From positions 152,806,164-152,870,163 of the forward strand of contig NC_068982.1 in assembly GCF_001194135.2 (NCBI RefSeq): a DNA stretch of 64,000 nucleotides, written 5' to 3'. Origin of the DNA: Octopus bimaculoides. Its lineage: Eukaryota. The notes below the pieces were generated by a model. That model searched no databases. It was not told the DNA's origin and was given only the letters and a program-made list of their open reading frames with translations. Numbering within the stretch: the stretch's first letter is position 1; the number at the start of each line of letters is the position of its first letter. Positions 1-12,632 of the stretch are shown here, one piece after another. The position numbers and the translations under genes are program-made.

Positions 1-809
1 ATATATTTACATACCGCACATAAATATAAAGTCTTAAATTTAGTTTCTGTCAGACAGTGAAATATCCTACCAAGACTTAATCGGTTTCATTATCATTATT
101 GATTCCCGGTGAATAATTTAAACCCTGTCGCAAGATAAAGTATTCTCTTTATTCTATAGCTCTTTTGGCTCTGTCGAGCAAATAACAGATATTTGTTTTT
201 AACTAGACATTAAACTACTAGAACGGATAAGTTTGTTCGCATATTAACAGCGTTCATTATTGTGCTTCGAGCTGTTAAGTGGTTCAAAGTTGTCAAGCAA
301 TATTTTATTGTTGTTAGGATTTCAAATAGTTATCTTGCAGATGTGATTGAGTACTGGAGAGATGTTGCTATGCATCTTTTACTAGATTTACGAAGTGCGC
401 TGTCAAACGTTTCAATAAATAAATATATCTTACTAGAAATTTAAATTCATAGTCGACAGACGTGGTTATTTATTTTATTCTATATCTGTAATTAAAATAT
501 ATTGCCTATTTTCCATTTAATTTCCATGAAAATAGTAAAAATGATAATGATAGTAATCATTGTTTCAAATTTTTGCTCAAAACGGGCAATTTTAGGACCA
601 AAGGATTGTTAATACATCGACTCTACTATTGGACTGGTATTTATTTTCTTGGCCCCCAAGTGCATGAAAGGCAACTTACTTAACCTTTGATTTCAACTGA
701 GTAAGTAAAGAGCCTGAACAAATGACATAAAACATTTTTCTGACACACGAACTATTGTGTGAGTACGTTATCATTTTGCAATCTCACAACACTTAATAAT
801 ATCATTAAT

Positions 810-831
810 GATAATAATAATAATGGTAATA

Positions 832-891
<60 letters not shown>

Positions 892-951
892 GTAATAATA
901 GTGATAATAATGATGATGATGATGATGACAATAATAATAATAACAACAACA
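810..951. repeat. (AAT)n/(GAT)n/(AAC)n compound microsatellite
   Basis: Directly visible trinucleotide runs; source of the poly-N, poly-L and poly-I ORFs in the track. Confidence 0.95.
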
Positions 952-1496
952 AGAACTCTTAACGCATGAAAACAAGAAAGCATCATACTCAGTAACAAAA
1001 CAGGAAAAGGAATATCTAAGTGAATTCCAAATACAACAAATCCCAGAATTAGACGTACTATCACTCCCCTCTCTCTCTCTCTCTCTCTCCCTCTCTCTCT
1101 CTCTCTTACTCTTGTTCTTCATCCTTTCTGTTTTTCTCTCTCAACCCTTCCCTATTCTTCTTTTCCTTTCAAAGTTCCCTCTCTCTCACTCCTCCTCTTC
1201 GATCCCCTCGTCGCAGACACGTGACGAAAGGGATTCTTCCACCCTATTTTCTGCCTTACTATAGAGAAGACGTGATTTTTTGTCTCTCATTCACATCTAA
1301 CTAGCGTTAAAAATAATAATTTTTCTATCGCCTTGGTCTAACAGCCCTTACCGTTTGTTTTCAATGTATTGTCTTGTTTTTACTGTCTTTTACTGTCTTG
1401 TTCTCACAGTCCTGTTCTTGTTTGCACTTTCACCCACCGCCAAAAATTCCCAATTTTATTTAATTTGCTTTGCGGGAAGGACTGTTCCAACGAAGT

Positions 1497-1556
1497 CGCG
1501 TATTGTCCTTGCCTTCAAAACGCGGAGTATATGGAACAGGGACAACTGATGAAGGG
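1497..1556 (+). ncRNA. Hammerhead-like motif, non-canonical strand order (copy 1)
   Basis: CGCG-TA-TTGTCCTTG, then CCTTC-AAAA-CGCG, 12-nt linker, then CAGGGACAA-CTGATGA-AGGG. Helix I is 9 bp with one G-U; helix III is A-U plus 4 bp. GAAA is mutated to AAAA. Confidence 0.45.
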
Positions 1557-1776
1557 AAATATTTTTATGTTGCATGTCTCTTTTCTCTGTTTGTATTTTT
1601 CGTTGTTCGAAAAAAAGTTCGTTTTCAGTCTTCGTCTTTATGTTTTCGTTTCTCATTTTGTTAAACGTTTTTTTTTGTGATGTCCTGTACACATATATGC
1701 ATTTATATATACATATAGATATAGGTATGTACATATATGTATGGATATATGCATATATTTATATATTATTATATAT

Positions 1777-1841
<65 letters not shown>

Positions 1842-2649
1842 GTATGCATAGATGTATGTATGGATCAAAACAGTTTGATTCATATTCGTTGGTACACTTG
1901 AGTTTCGTGCGTGATGCTAGTCGTCGAGTATTTTGGAATTTGAATGACAGAAGTCGGTTGTTATTACCGTAAGATGGTCTGTGATTGGTGAAGAAGGTCA
2001 CGCGATGTTCTGGTTTGATGTTGCTATAAGGGTAACAGTTATTTGGAAATTACCACATGTTGAACAGGAAATTGACCACATGCAGGACAGGAAATCACGT
2101 GCTAATTAGGAAATCGGTCAGGTTGTTGGGGGAAAATAGGAAGAGGTGGTATGTGCAAGTATATAGTTCTATATGTTGGTGTGTAGACGAGCTGATATGG
2201 CTATGCGTGCATGTGTATATTAATGCGAGCGTGTGCATCCGTACATGGGCGCGCATGCGCACGTCTGCACACACACTCACCCACCCACACTTTCAATTAC
2301 CCCCACGCTCTCACACACACGCACACGCCCAATATGCTTCGACGAGCACGCACCTGCGCACACGCGTGTATGCACACATACACACACATATACGGATACA
2401 CACACATGCGTATTCATTTGTACATATGTATATTCATATGGATATATGCATGTATACCAGAGTCTGCACACATGTGCACGTGCACATGTGCATTCGCGCA
2501 AGCGCGTGAGGGAATATACACGCGCAAAAAAGGGTTGGGGATTGGTATGTGTTTGGGTTGGTAAACGTTGGCGTTTGCGAACTAGCGGTCCTGCTCATGA
2601 GATTGGCTGGTAGAGGTGACCTTGGTGCAGGCGGTGCAAAGTAGCAGCT

Positions 2650-3300
2650 GGTGCTAACCTGGTATATCCATGTTGTCGGCAGTTAGAAGCCTGAAATTTG
2701 CCAGAATTGCCTACCTCTGTTGACAGCAATACGATGAATCGTATTTCTTGTTGATGGAAACTGCGGGTTGTTGGGGGACATGCAGTTTTTCGTGGAGGCA
2801 GAGCTGACAGTTGGGGGCGCTGAGTGAATATGGTAGCGCTCTGTCGACAATAGTTCATTTCATCTGGGTATTTCATCTCGGACATAACGGAATCTTCAGA
2901 GAAAACGTGACAGGGAAGAAGAGTTCTCTCTACTCCTGGATCTGAACGAGTGCATATGCTGGGAGTCTCTTCCCTTGAAGTCATTAGCTGTCATACCCGT
3001 ATAGTGCCTAGTAATGCTATCACATGGTGTAAGGGTGGTTCTGTATACTACGGCCCTTGAGAAGCAAGATCCTTCTAGAGAGCACGTGATGGAGTTTCGG
3101 ATGTTGCAGGTTGGGGTTGAGGGAGGTATAGATGCCTTTTCCTGTCTGTTGATGTGTGCGATGTTAGATGTGATGTTGTCTACACAGGAGTAGCTCACTT
3201 TGACGTTATGGGGGTTGAAATAATTGTAATACTTGTGGCCACTTGAGAAGTGTCTATTAATTAGCGACAGGAAGCCCCTAGCTACGTTGGTGGAAACTTT
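2650..3300 (-). mobile_element. Penelope-like element fragment (RT C-terminus/linker and GIY-YIG endonuclease), frameshifted
   Basis: Minus strand reads YSCVDNITSNIAHIN...CNIRNSITCSLEGSCFSRAVVYRTTL...HYTGMTANDFKGRDSQHMHSF, then in another frame TIVDRALPYSLSAPNCQLCLHEKLH. These are typical PLE GIY-YIG motifs. Confidence 0.8.
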
Positions 3301-3344
3301 TAGGTTGCAAGGGGTGTTATACCATATAATTTTCCTTATATATA

Positions 3345-3485
3345 TACATTAAGAAGGGCATCCAGCGGTAAAAACCATGTTAAATCAAACTGGAGTCTCG
3401 TGCAGCCTTCCAGCTTGCCAGTCCTGGTCAAACCGTCCAACCCATGCTAGTATGGACAACTGATGCTAAATGATGATGATGATAG
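3345..3485 (+). mobile_element. SINE/LINE 3' end with (GAT)n tail
   Basis: agaagggcatccagc...aaaccgtccaacccatgctagtatggac...taaatgatgatgatgat; recognised repeat 3' terminus ending in a trinucleotide tail. Confidence 0.55.
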
Positions 3486-3504
3486 TGATAAGTATATAAG
3501 TACG

Positions 3505-3570
<66 letters not shown>

Positions 3571-3613
3571 NNNNNNNNNNGTGTGTGTATGTGTGTAGGT
3601 GTGTGTGTGTGTT

Positions 3614-3653
<40 letters not shown>

Positions 3654-4104
3654 CATATACACACATGCTTACACGTGGAGTAGGTGGGCGTGCATGTGGT
3701 GGTGGTTCATTCTTTAGTACATGACACTGTTTCCGCCCCATGATTTCACACTCCTGTGCAGGAGTTCATTGAAAATAAACTTCAGTGAATTTTTGAAATA
3801 CTTTGGGGAGGAGACAAAATTATAGACGCATTACATACATACCGTGGCTTAGAACCTTTCAATGTTATACAAAAATTAGTTATTTGCTATTGCTTATATT
3901 AGAAGGTCAAAATTTGGATTGTTCTAGGTTCACTAAATCTTTACTAATCTATATCCAGTCATTTCTTGCAATAGCTAACCTTTACACTTTTCATGCAAGG
4001 ATCATTAATACCCATCATTTCAATATGCTACAATGTGACATCTGAACGTTTGAGAATATCATACCATATCTTCTGGTATAGGCTTTGACGTAGTATGTAG
4101 TGTA

Positions 4105-4306
4105 CAGTAATCCCTCCCCATATCGCGGTTCTCTTATCGCGGTTAATTATTTAACCTTACATCGTATCCTCTGTGGTGTTGTTTTGCATTTATAAAAATG
4201 TCAATATATACAAATTATAAAAATGATTTTAAAAAATACAGTATTTTCACTTATCGCGGATGCTGGTGTGCGGAATACAATACTCGCGATAGTCAGGGGG
4301 TTACTG
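4105..4306. mobile_element. Tc1/mariner-pogo (Tigger-like) MITE
   Basis: Imperfect TIRs CAGTAATCCCTCCCCATATCGCG and (reverse complement of right end) CAGTAACCCCCTGACTATCGCG; TA on both sides (4103-4104, 4307-4308); 202 bp, non-coding. Confidence 0.8.
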
Positions 4307-4752
4307 TAAATATATTGTGTACGTAATGAAACATTGTCACAAGCTTCCCAACTTTTGCTGCATTGCACATCGACTTTCCAACCTTTCAAAATTGTTTAGG
4401 TGTGTAAGTCGACCTACTCTTATTCTTATTAGAAATATTCGACTTGTGTGCCAGAATATGCAGTAACAATAGGTCAACTTTATTTGGCGAACCGAGCATT
4501 TAGCCAGTTCATATTCCCACTTCAGGTTTTGGTGAATTTGATCCGTTCCATTGATATATTTGGATATTCCGATATTACGTTGTTATAATTTGTGGGATGG
4601 ATTTTTAGTGATCTCGTTAATCCCAAATACTAGCTTATACCAACAAAATGTTTCGAGGTAATGAATCTATTACCTTTGAGATTTTAAATATCCGGATTCA
4701 CTCATAACAAGTATCCAATTTTTAGTATCGCTTAATCTTCTAAGGTACATAC

Positions 4753-4796
<44 letters not shown>

Positions 4797-4926
4797 ATAT
4801 ATATATATATATATGTGTGTGTTTATATATACACAATATGTATATATATATATATACACAATATATATATATATATACAAAATATATATATATACACAAT
4901 ATATATATATATATACGTATACATAA

Positions 4927-4973
<47 letters not shown>

Positions 4974-5152
4974 ATATATATATATATATATCAATCTATA
5001 TACATAAATATATGTATATACATGTACACATATTTGTATACATATCTTTGTGCGTGTTTATGCAAATGCATAGATATAATTTCACTCGTTGGACTACTTT
5101 AATTATTCTAGTTGACTTTGCATTAAAAATTATAAAAGAATATATATTTTAG

Positions 5153-5260
5153 AGTTGCCTTCAATAAAGTTTCGATTATATTTTGTCACGAGCTTATATT
5201 CCTTTCACAAAAGATGGGTCGTGATGCCAACGTAATTCATACTTATTCAACCTTTGTGCA
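5153..5260 (+). CDS. Candidate internal exon (phase 2 to 2): VAFNKVSIIFCHELIFLSQKMGRDANVIHTYSTFVQ
   Basis: tatattttAG acceptor, open 108-bp frame, CA|GTAAGA donor; phase-compatible with 6068-6174. No homology recognised. Confidence 0.3.
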
Positions 5261-5326
5261 GTAAGAATCACTCCAAAACACTCCCACACAGTAAAATAAA
5301 CACTTTTACCTTTTTCTCTTACTTGG

Positions 5327-5368
<42 letters not shown>

Positions 5369-6067
5369 NNNNNNNNNNTGTGTGTGTGTGTGTGTGTTTG
5401 TGTGTGTGTCTGCGTCTGTGCGTGCGTGAGCACGTGCGTGTGTATGCATGTATATATATATGTGTGTGTGTATTCATATATATGTGTGGGTAGATAGATA
5501 GATAGATTGATAGAACTGTATGTACATATGGAAACACATGTCTAAAACAAGAAACAAAATTTACAAAAATCAAAAGCTTGAGATGCATTCGAATAATTTT
5601 CACGATTTAAATTACTTTTTTGACATACCATGGAATCATTTAAGCATAGAACATATTTCTGCTATACCTTTTGTTATAATCGAATCTTAGTAAATTGTTA
5701 CTTCCTAAAATTTTAATTTTTGACTTCTGTATCGTCACACGTTTTGAAACATTTCAAGAAGCCAGGATCAATTTCTGTTTGAAGGGGTCTAAGCAACGTT
5801 ATATGTATTTACTACAAGAATGTGTGATATGTGGTATGCGATTGAACGTCACTATTTTATTTGACATTTTATATTAAGCTGTTAATAACTGGACACCAGC
5901 AGCGTGTTATCAGGGATAACTATTACTTTGTGTTGCTAAAGGATAACCTCCTTTATGCCCATGATTTGTCATGTGAATTAGCCGCGTTAATTACATCGTT
6001 CTAACCGGCATTTGAAACAACAACCACAAGCTCGAATTTTTTTGAGCTGATTCTTTCTTTAATTTAG

Positions 6068-6174
6068 AAACTTATGTAAATGGTTATCTCCCACTGTACA
6101 CCAGTATATTTTAACTAAGACATACAAATACACGTTCAAAATCAACCTTGTGGGGGCCTGGATCCCATTTAAAA
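6068..6174 (+). CDS. Candidate internal exon (phase 2 to 1): NLCKWLSPTVHQYILTKTYKYTFKINLVGAWIPFK
   Basis: ttctttctttaatttAG acceptor, A|GTGAGA donor; phase-compatible with both neighbouring candidate exons. No homology recognised. Confidence 0.28.
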
Positions 6175-7162
6175 GTGAGAAAATTTGGAGGAAGGATGGA
6201 TATAGTCAATCCAACTACGCGACTGGAACTTACATAATCAGTTTCTTGGCGGAAATTGAATGTAGAATATAGAAAATTGTAAGTAGATATTACAAGGTAT
6301 TTTAATGTGATGCAGACAAGAGAATCTACCATATGTCGCCATTTCGAAGTAAAATATTAATCTGGAAAGAGACTATATACATGCACGAATAAATAAATAC
6401 TTGAACTCGCACATGGGCAAAAACATAGAAACACACAAACGCGCACAAATAAGTTATTTACATAAAGATAGAGCTTAATCTACTTTGAAATCTACCATTG
6501 AGTCATGTTTTGAAACAGATTTATTGTTTATTTCTAAAACAAACTATCATTACTGGAAAATGTGTGATGGACAAACTATAGTATGTGTAAATAATGAAAT
6601 ATAAAAGCACTGGAGAAAATTTTATTTGGGATTTTTTCATTTCTTAATTTCTTATCATTCTTCTACATATCTTGGATCCTTTTATCGTTCTTTGTTTTCT
6701 CAAATTGCAGTTCCTATAATTATATATTTACAGAGCTAACTCTACAGTAAGGTATCGATTTGATACTGGCCCCTAAGATGGGTTACGTAATTTGTTTTGC
6801 TTGTTCAATGATATATACTTTGTATATTTTTAAATCGCCTTTTATAGCGATTCTGTGTCATTTACGTAGTAGTTACAAGGTTCAAGAATGTTCTAATAGA
6901 AGGTCAATAACTTGGAATTTTCATTAAAACACAGGCCTTTTACCTATGCAAAAGATACTTTTAATCATGATACAGAGAATTTCAGGAGCTGTAATTTAGG
7001 TCATGACTGTGTGTCTAATACAAGTAGATGAAGAAACCTTTACAAGATCATAGGATTCATGAGAAACAGCAGTAAAAACTGGTACACTCATTATTACTTT
7101 ATATAAGGAAGAAACATGTTGTAAAATGTAGTCCTACACCGTGTGCGTAACCTTTGCCACAG

Positions 7163-7271
7163 GTCTGCTCGGCCAGGGCTTATGGGACCTAATCATCATG
7201 ATCATCATCGCTGTTCTCGTCCTCGGCATCGTTGTGGTTGTCATTTCACTAACCACTTTTCTGTTTTCTCG
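7163..7271 (+). CDS. Candidate exon encoding a transmembrane helix: LLGQGLWDLIIMIIIAVLVLGIVVVVISLTTFLFSR
   Basis: cctttgccacAG acceptor and CG|GTAAGA donor; 109 bp, phase 1 to 2; GC-richer than its flanks; about 25 hydrophobic residues closed by Arg. Confidence 0.55.
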
Positions 7272-7377
7272 GTAAGACAGAGTTTTGTGGGGCAGATAAT
7301 ATAAACGTTAAGCATAAAGTATCATATCAGCAAAGGAGTGTATAAGAAATTATGTGAACCTATATGGATATGAAAGC

Positions 7378-7436
<59 letters not shown>

Positions 7437-7699
7437 AATATATATATATATATATGCATCTATATATGCGTATATATATATGTATACATATGNNNNNNNN
7501 NNNNNNNNNNNNNNNNNNNNNNNNNNNNNNNNNNNNNNNNNNNNNNNNNNNNNNNNNNNNNNNNNNNNNNNNNNNNNNNNNNNNNNNNNNNNNNNNNNNN
7601 NNNNNNNNNNNNNNNNNNNNNNNNNNNNNNNNNNNNNNNNNNNNNNNNNNNNNNNNNNNNNNNNNNNNNNNNNNNNNNNNNNNNNNNNNNNNNNNNNNA

Positions 7700-8050
7700 A
7701 AAAACGAGAAAATGGAAGACAGGACAAGTTAACATAGAAAAATAACCTTTCATCAGTTGCCGGCTGTCTATCTACTCCTCATTTCGAGCATTCAACTACA
7801 ATATGAGTTTTCAAAGACAGTTGCTCCCATAAATTCTAAAATAAATTTAGTATTTTTGGAGGGTCAAAGTTGGGAACAAAAAAATGACAATGGAGACATA
7901 CAAGGAAACCGAACGAAAACAAACAATGAGGGTTGTTAGACTAGAATGAGAGTAGAACAGTGAACACTGGGAGAAAAATTTCTTTTGAAAAGAGAAGAAA
8001 TAGAGGAGAGAGAGAGAGAAAAGCGGCGGCGTTGGAGAGAATAAAGCTTG
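7700..8050 (-). repeat. Interspersed repeat (probable PLE-associated terminal region); inverted partner of 10200-10510
   Basis: Its reverse complement aligns with 10200-10510 at roughly 80% by eye; shared stretches include ttttcgttcggtttccttg and ttttttgttcccaactttga. Confidence 0.75.
7746..7807 (-). ncRNA. Hammerhead-like motif, non-canonical strand order (copy 2, core intact)
   Basis: Minus strand reads CTCA-TA-TTGTAGTTG-AATGCTC-GAAA-TGAG-gagtagataga-CAGCCGGCAA-CTGATGA-AAGG. Confidence 0.45.
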
Positions 8051-8079
8051 AGCTTTTCTTGTCGACCCCAATAGTCAAG

Positions 8080-9360
8080 GCCTGTCGTGCCATCTATTTT
8101 TCTTTTGTAATTGACCTTTGAGGTGCTTCAATTTTCATGATCATTTATTTTGTGTGTGGAGACCACAGTGGAAAATAGTATTCACGGAGGAATCGGGCAA
8201 AATAGAGAATTGAAGGATAATGATGTGAATATCTCTCGACTGGAAAGTTCTGAGATTCAGGATGACATTCTGCAGGCCATGTCAACTTTTCTGTCTATAT
8301 GAGTTTANNNNNNNNNNCTACAATTACTCCATGAGAGTTTCACCTGAAGGAAGGGAGTATGAGAGTTTCAGGATATCCCCTTTTCTGAAGTGGATTAACT
8401 CAAATTTCTCCTAGTTCTGCAGCACATTCTTTTCCGCCCATTGCATGACGGCCAGTAGTTCTGACTGAAAGCATGCCCGGTCACCCATTGATGACCTTCT
8501 GGATCTTGGAATTATCTGCAAAAATTCTTATGTTAATGTTCTTGATGTTGTCATTAACGCCATTGATGTAGATGATGAAAAGAAGTGGGCCCAGCACAGG
8601 GCATTGTGGAACACCGTTACTGACTTTGGCTGAGTTTGATTTTATTCCTTCGATTACAACGTGTTGGGTTCTACCTGTCAGGAAACACTTGATCCATTGT
8701 GGTAACTTTCCGGAGACACCAATGTTGGATAGTTTTACAAGAAGATTTTACGATCTACTTTGTCAAAGGCTTTGCTGAAATCAGTATGCAGTAGATGACA
8801 TCAATATTCGAGACTTCTCCCAAAGATCTCAAAATGTCATCGAGGTGATGCAGGAGTTGCGTTAGGCAATTCCTTCAATTACGGAATCCACGTTGGTTGG
8901 GGTTCAGCAGTCTGTTGCTTTTAAGAAACTGGGTCATCTATGATCTCATCACCTTCCCAAATACTTTGATGATATAAGAGGTGAGCGAGATCGGCTGGTC
9001 GTTCATTGCAAGGGACTTGTTTCCCTTTTGAAAATTGGGACAACAGACTTGGACAAAACTTTTTCAGGAATATAACCTGCAAAAGAGAATAACACTTTGG
9101 GGTTGAGTTTGATTTTCTCAACGACCCATTTCTCCTCAGCTGCTCTTTGGTTAATGATGATGTCATCATGCATTGTTGGAGGTTATGTTGTTTTGATTCG
9201 AGCAGGCTGATAGCCGTCGAATTTATGTGTAGCTGTTGACAGTATTGTAGCTTGTTAATCTTTTTGTTCTTTTTATTTTTCTGATAATCGATTTTTCTGT
9301 TTTTGGGAATTCTGCACTTAGTTTTCTTCACAGGTCTTGGTGATCTGTGTTTAGCACATA
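8080..9360 (-). mobile_element. Decayed CR1/L2-like LINE reverse transcriptase fragment
   Basis: Minus strand near 8400-8620 reads GVPQCPVLGPLLFIIYINGVNDNIKNINIRIFADNSKI (compare GVPQGSVLGPLLF...FADD); multiple stops and frameshifts. Confidence 0.75.
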
Positions 9361-10199
9361 TGTTTGTGACAGTGCCTACAAAGATCTGCCAAGATATTTT
9401 GATGCTGGAGGAAGTGTGTGTATGTGTGAAAGACCAGTCAACATGTGATAGATCGTCTATACATATATGTATATATATACATATATGTATGCATATGTAT
9501 ATATGTATATATATATATGAACATATATATTGTGCATGTATNNNNNNNNNNNNNNNNNNNNNNNNNNNNNNNNNNNNNNNNNNNNNNNNNNNNNNNNNNN
9601 NNNNNNNNNNNNNNNNNNNNNNNNNNNNNNNNNNNNNNNNNNNNNNNNNNNNNNNNNNNNNNNNNNNNNNNNNNNNNNNNNNNNNNNNNNNNNNNNNNNN
9701 NNNNNNNNNNNNNNNNNNNNNNNNNNNNNNNNNNNNNNNNNNNNNNNNNNNNNNNNNNNNNNNNNNNNNNNNNNNNNNNNNNNNNNNNNNNNNNNNNNNN
9801 NNNNNNNNNNNNNNNNNNNNNNNNNNNNNNNNNNNNNNNNNNNNNNNNNNNNNNNNNNNNNNNNNNNNNNNNNNNNNNNNNNNNNNNNNNNNNNNNNNNN
9901 NNNNNNNNNNNNNNNNNNNNNNNNNNNNNNNNNNNNNNNNNNNNNNNNNNNNNNNNNNNNNNNNNNNNNNNNNNNNNNNNNNNNNNNNNNNNNNNNNNNN
10001 NNNNNNNNNNNNNNNNNNNNNNNNNNNNNNNNNNNNNNNNNNNNNNNNNNNNNNNNNNNNNNNNNNNNNNNNNNNNNNNNNNNNNNNNNNNNNNNNNNNN
10101 NNNCATGAAATACTTAAACAAACGAGGGAAAATGAGTTAAATACATAAACAATCGAGGGGAAAATAGAAATCAGGATAAGTTAGCACAGAAGAGGACCC

Positions 10200-10510
10200 T
10201 TCATTCTTTTTTTCTAAACGCCTCTCCCAGCCGTCACTATTTTTCTCTCGTTCTCATCTAACGATCCTCCTTATTTATTTTCGTTCGGTTTCCTTGAATG
10301 TCTCCACTGTTATTTTTTTGTTCCCAACTTTGAACCTCCACAGTTCTTAAATTTTATATTGCAACTTATGGGAGGAACAATCTTTGACGATTCATATTGT
10401 CGTTGAATGCTCGAAATGAGGAGTAGATAGACAGCTGATAACTGCTGAACGGTCCTTTTTCTTTGTTAACTTGTCCTGTTTTCCATTTTTTCTTGTTGTT
10501 TACGTATTTC
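10200..10510 (+). repeat. Interspersed repeat, same family as 7700-8050 in the opposite orientation
   Basis: Manual alignment to the reverse complement of 7700-8050. Confidence 0.75.
10391..10452 (+). ncRNA. Hammerhead-like motif, non-canonical strand order (copy 3, CUGAUGA mutated to CUGCUGA)
   Basis: TTCA-TA-TTGTCGTTG-AATGCTC-GAAA-TGAG-gagtagataga-CAGCTGATAA-CTGCTGA-ACGG. Confidence 0.4.
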
Positions 10511-11945
10511 ATATAATTTGCACCCTTTTATGACGTCCTGTACCCATACATATTTGTGTGTTCAGCATAATACCTGATATATGCTTTAATATAATTTACT
10601 ACAAGTAGTAGTCTAAATAGTATTTCGTCCTAAAGTCTATAGTCATGAGGCCTATACATATGATGAAGAAATATTCATAAGATTGCACATCAATTCTGCT
10701 TTTTAACTTTTGAATATAAACAAAATTAATTTCTTATTCAGTCCGGTAGTTGAAAGATTATTAGGGATAACATACACAACTACTATTATGATAATGTATT
10801 TGTAACCATATAATTTACGACTTTAATCAGTTATGAATCTCATTTAGCTGCTTAACAGACCACGAGAGATATCATACTGTTGGCTAGAAGATCAGAAAAT
10901 TATACATATGATGACAGTATTTTGTTTCGTTCAAATATCTCATATTGATTAACTAAAAGATGGAATTCCCTAAAGTCTTCATAGAATTTAAATTTCGTAT
11001 GTAATTTCTCTATTTATGAGATATTGCTGGATGAACAAACGTAGGCTGCAGCACATTAATTAAATCGTTTATAACGAAAACCTAATTCGTTATCGTTTAC
11101 AAAATCAATAAAATCTTTACAAACACAAACAAGGGAAGTAGGCAGAATCACTAAGAGGAACAGAGCAACATCAAAACCTGATTCAATGAAATTTGTTGTA
11201 ATATCAACAATAAATAAAGCAACAACAATAAACCAATCAGAGAGATTCTACGTGATTACTCGAACCGTTACATATAACAATCAAATTTTGCTCAAACTAC
11301 ATTCTATAGTCCTGATGGCTGACATAGTAGATGATATAAAGTAGAGAAGACTCAAAAGAAAAAAAAAGGAAAGGAAAAAGTAAAGGTAAACTGACAGGAA
11401 ACTCATATCTTAATTCAGAAGATTGCTCTGATTGGGCTGACCTGGTGGTAACTGACAATGGTAATATCGAAGTGGTCTAAGACAGAAACAGAGAGACAAC
11501 TAGTAAGTAGAGATAATAGTCTTGTAAAATTTTTCTTTTTATTTTTTGTTGTCGTGTTGCTTTTAGTGTGTTTATATTGTTTCAGATTCTTGAACCAGAT
11601 GTCGAGAGCTTATCTATGACTTGTGGATTCTTCCTCCCATCAGAAAGTTCATGGCAGCTGCCCTTCTATTGACTAATCATTAACTCCTTGAAGAAGCGGA
11701 TAACTAATTTAAATGGCCACTGCGCTTAACTGGAGCTCATTTTATGCATTTCACCCGATACAAAAAGCAAGAAAGATCTGAACGTGATATAAACTCCGAC
11801 AGATTATTATTCAGAATCGAGATAGTAAAAATATATAATCTATGGTCATTGCCTTCGCCTTCGTCAGTATTTAACTGTTGTAAGTAGCAATTATTGCAGA
11901 AATTTAACAATCAGAAGGTGGAGGAGGAGAGACAAAATAATTATA

Positions 11946-11996
<51 letters not shown>

Positions 11997-12632
11997 CAGC
12001 AGCAGCAGCTGCACTAGTANNNNNNNNNNGAGGAGAAGAAGAAGAAGAAGAAGAAGAAGAAGGAGGAGGAGGAGGAGGAGGAGGAGGGGAGGAGGGGGGA
12101 GTTGCTGCTGATGATGGTGATGTTGAAGAAAAAGAAATATTGGACCATGTTTTTCATCAATAACAATGGAATCTAAAATGTCACAACTACCACTATACAT
12201 TCCAGCAATGATTTCTACAATCATAAAGTACAATAAAAAAGGAGGATAAAATTTTTAGCAGATTTCCAAACTTTCTCAGTAAAATGTTGAGTATTCTAGT
12301 TTAACTATATCAGTTTCTTCAATCACTTATTCATCTGATACGCGCCGATGCAAGAAATCCTTCGATTAACTGGAGATTTAGCTCAAAGGATTGAAATAGA
12401 AGGACCACACTAAAGACAACCAGTTGGCTGAACAATTAGCACACCGGGAAAAACGCTTTCGTCCGCCTCTACTTTCTAAGTTCAAATTCTACAGCGATTG
12501 ATTTTACTTTTCATCCTCTTGGGGGTCGATAAAAGAAGTATCGATTAAGCTTTGGGACTGATGTAATCGACTTACCTCCTCCTCCGTAATGGCTTGCTTT
12601 GTGCCAAAACAGGAAACCATTATTATTAATGC

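Noticed and set aside
1512-1556. Canonical type-II hammerhead parse using the second GTA (GAAAC-GCGGA-GUA...CUGAUGA)
   Set aside because: The sequence between that GUA and CUGAUGA cannot form helix I in any of the three copies, whereas the upstream TA-TTGTC segment pairs well and covaries.
11587-11673. Possible terminal exon after a strong tttcAG acceptor (FLNQMSRAYL* or ILEPDVES...QLPFY*)
   Set aside because: Two alternative short frames, no homology, and it competes with 14883-14991 as the exon after the TM exon; undecidable without RNA data.
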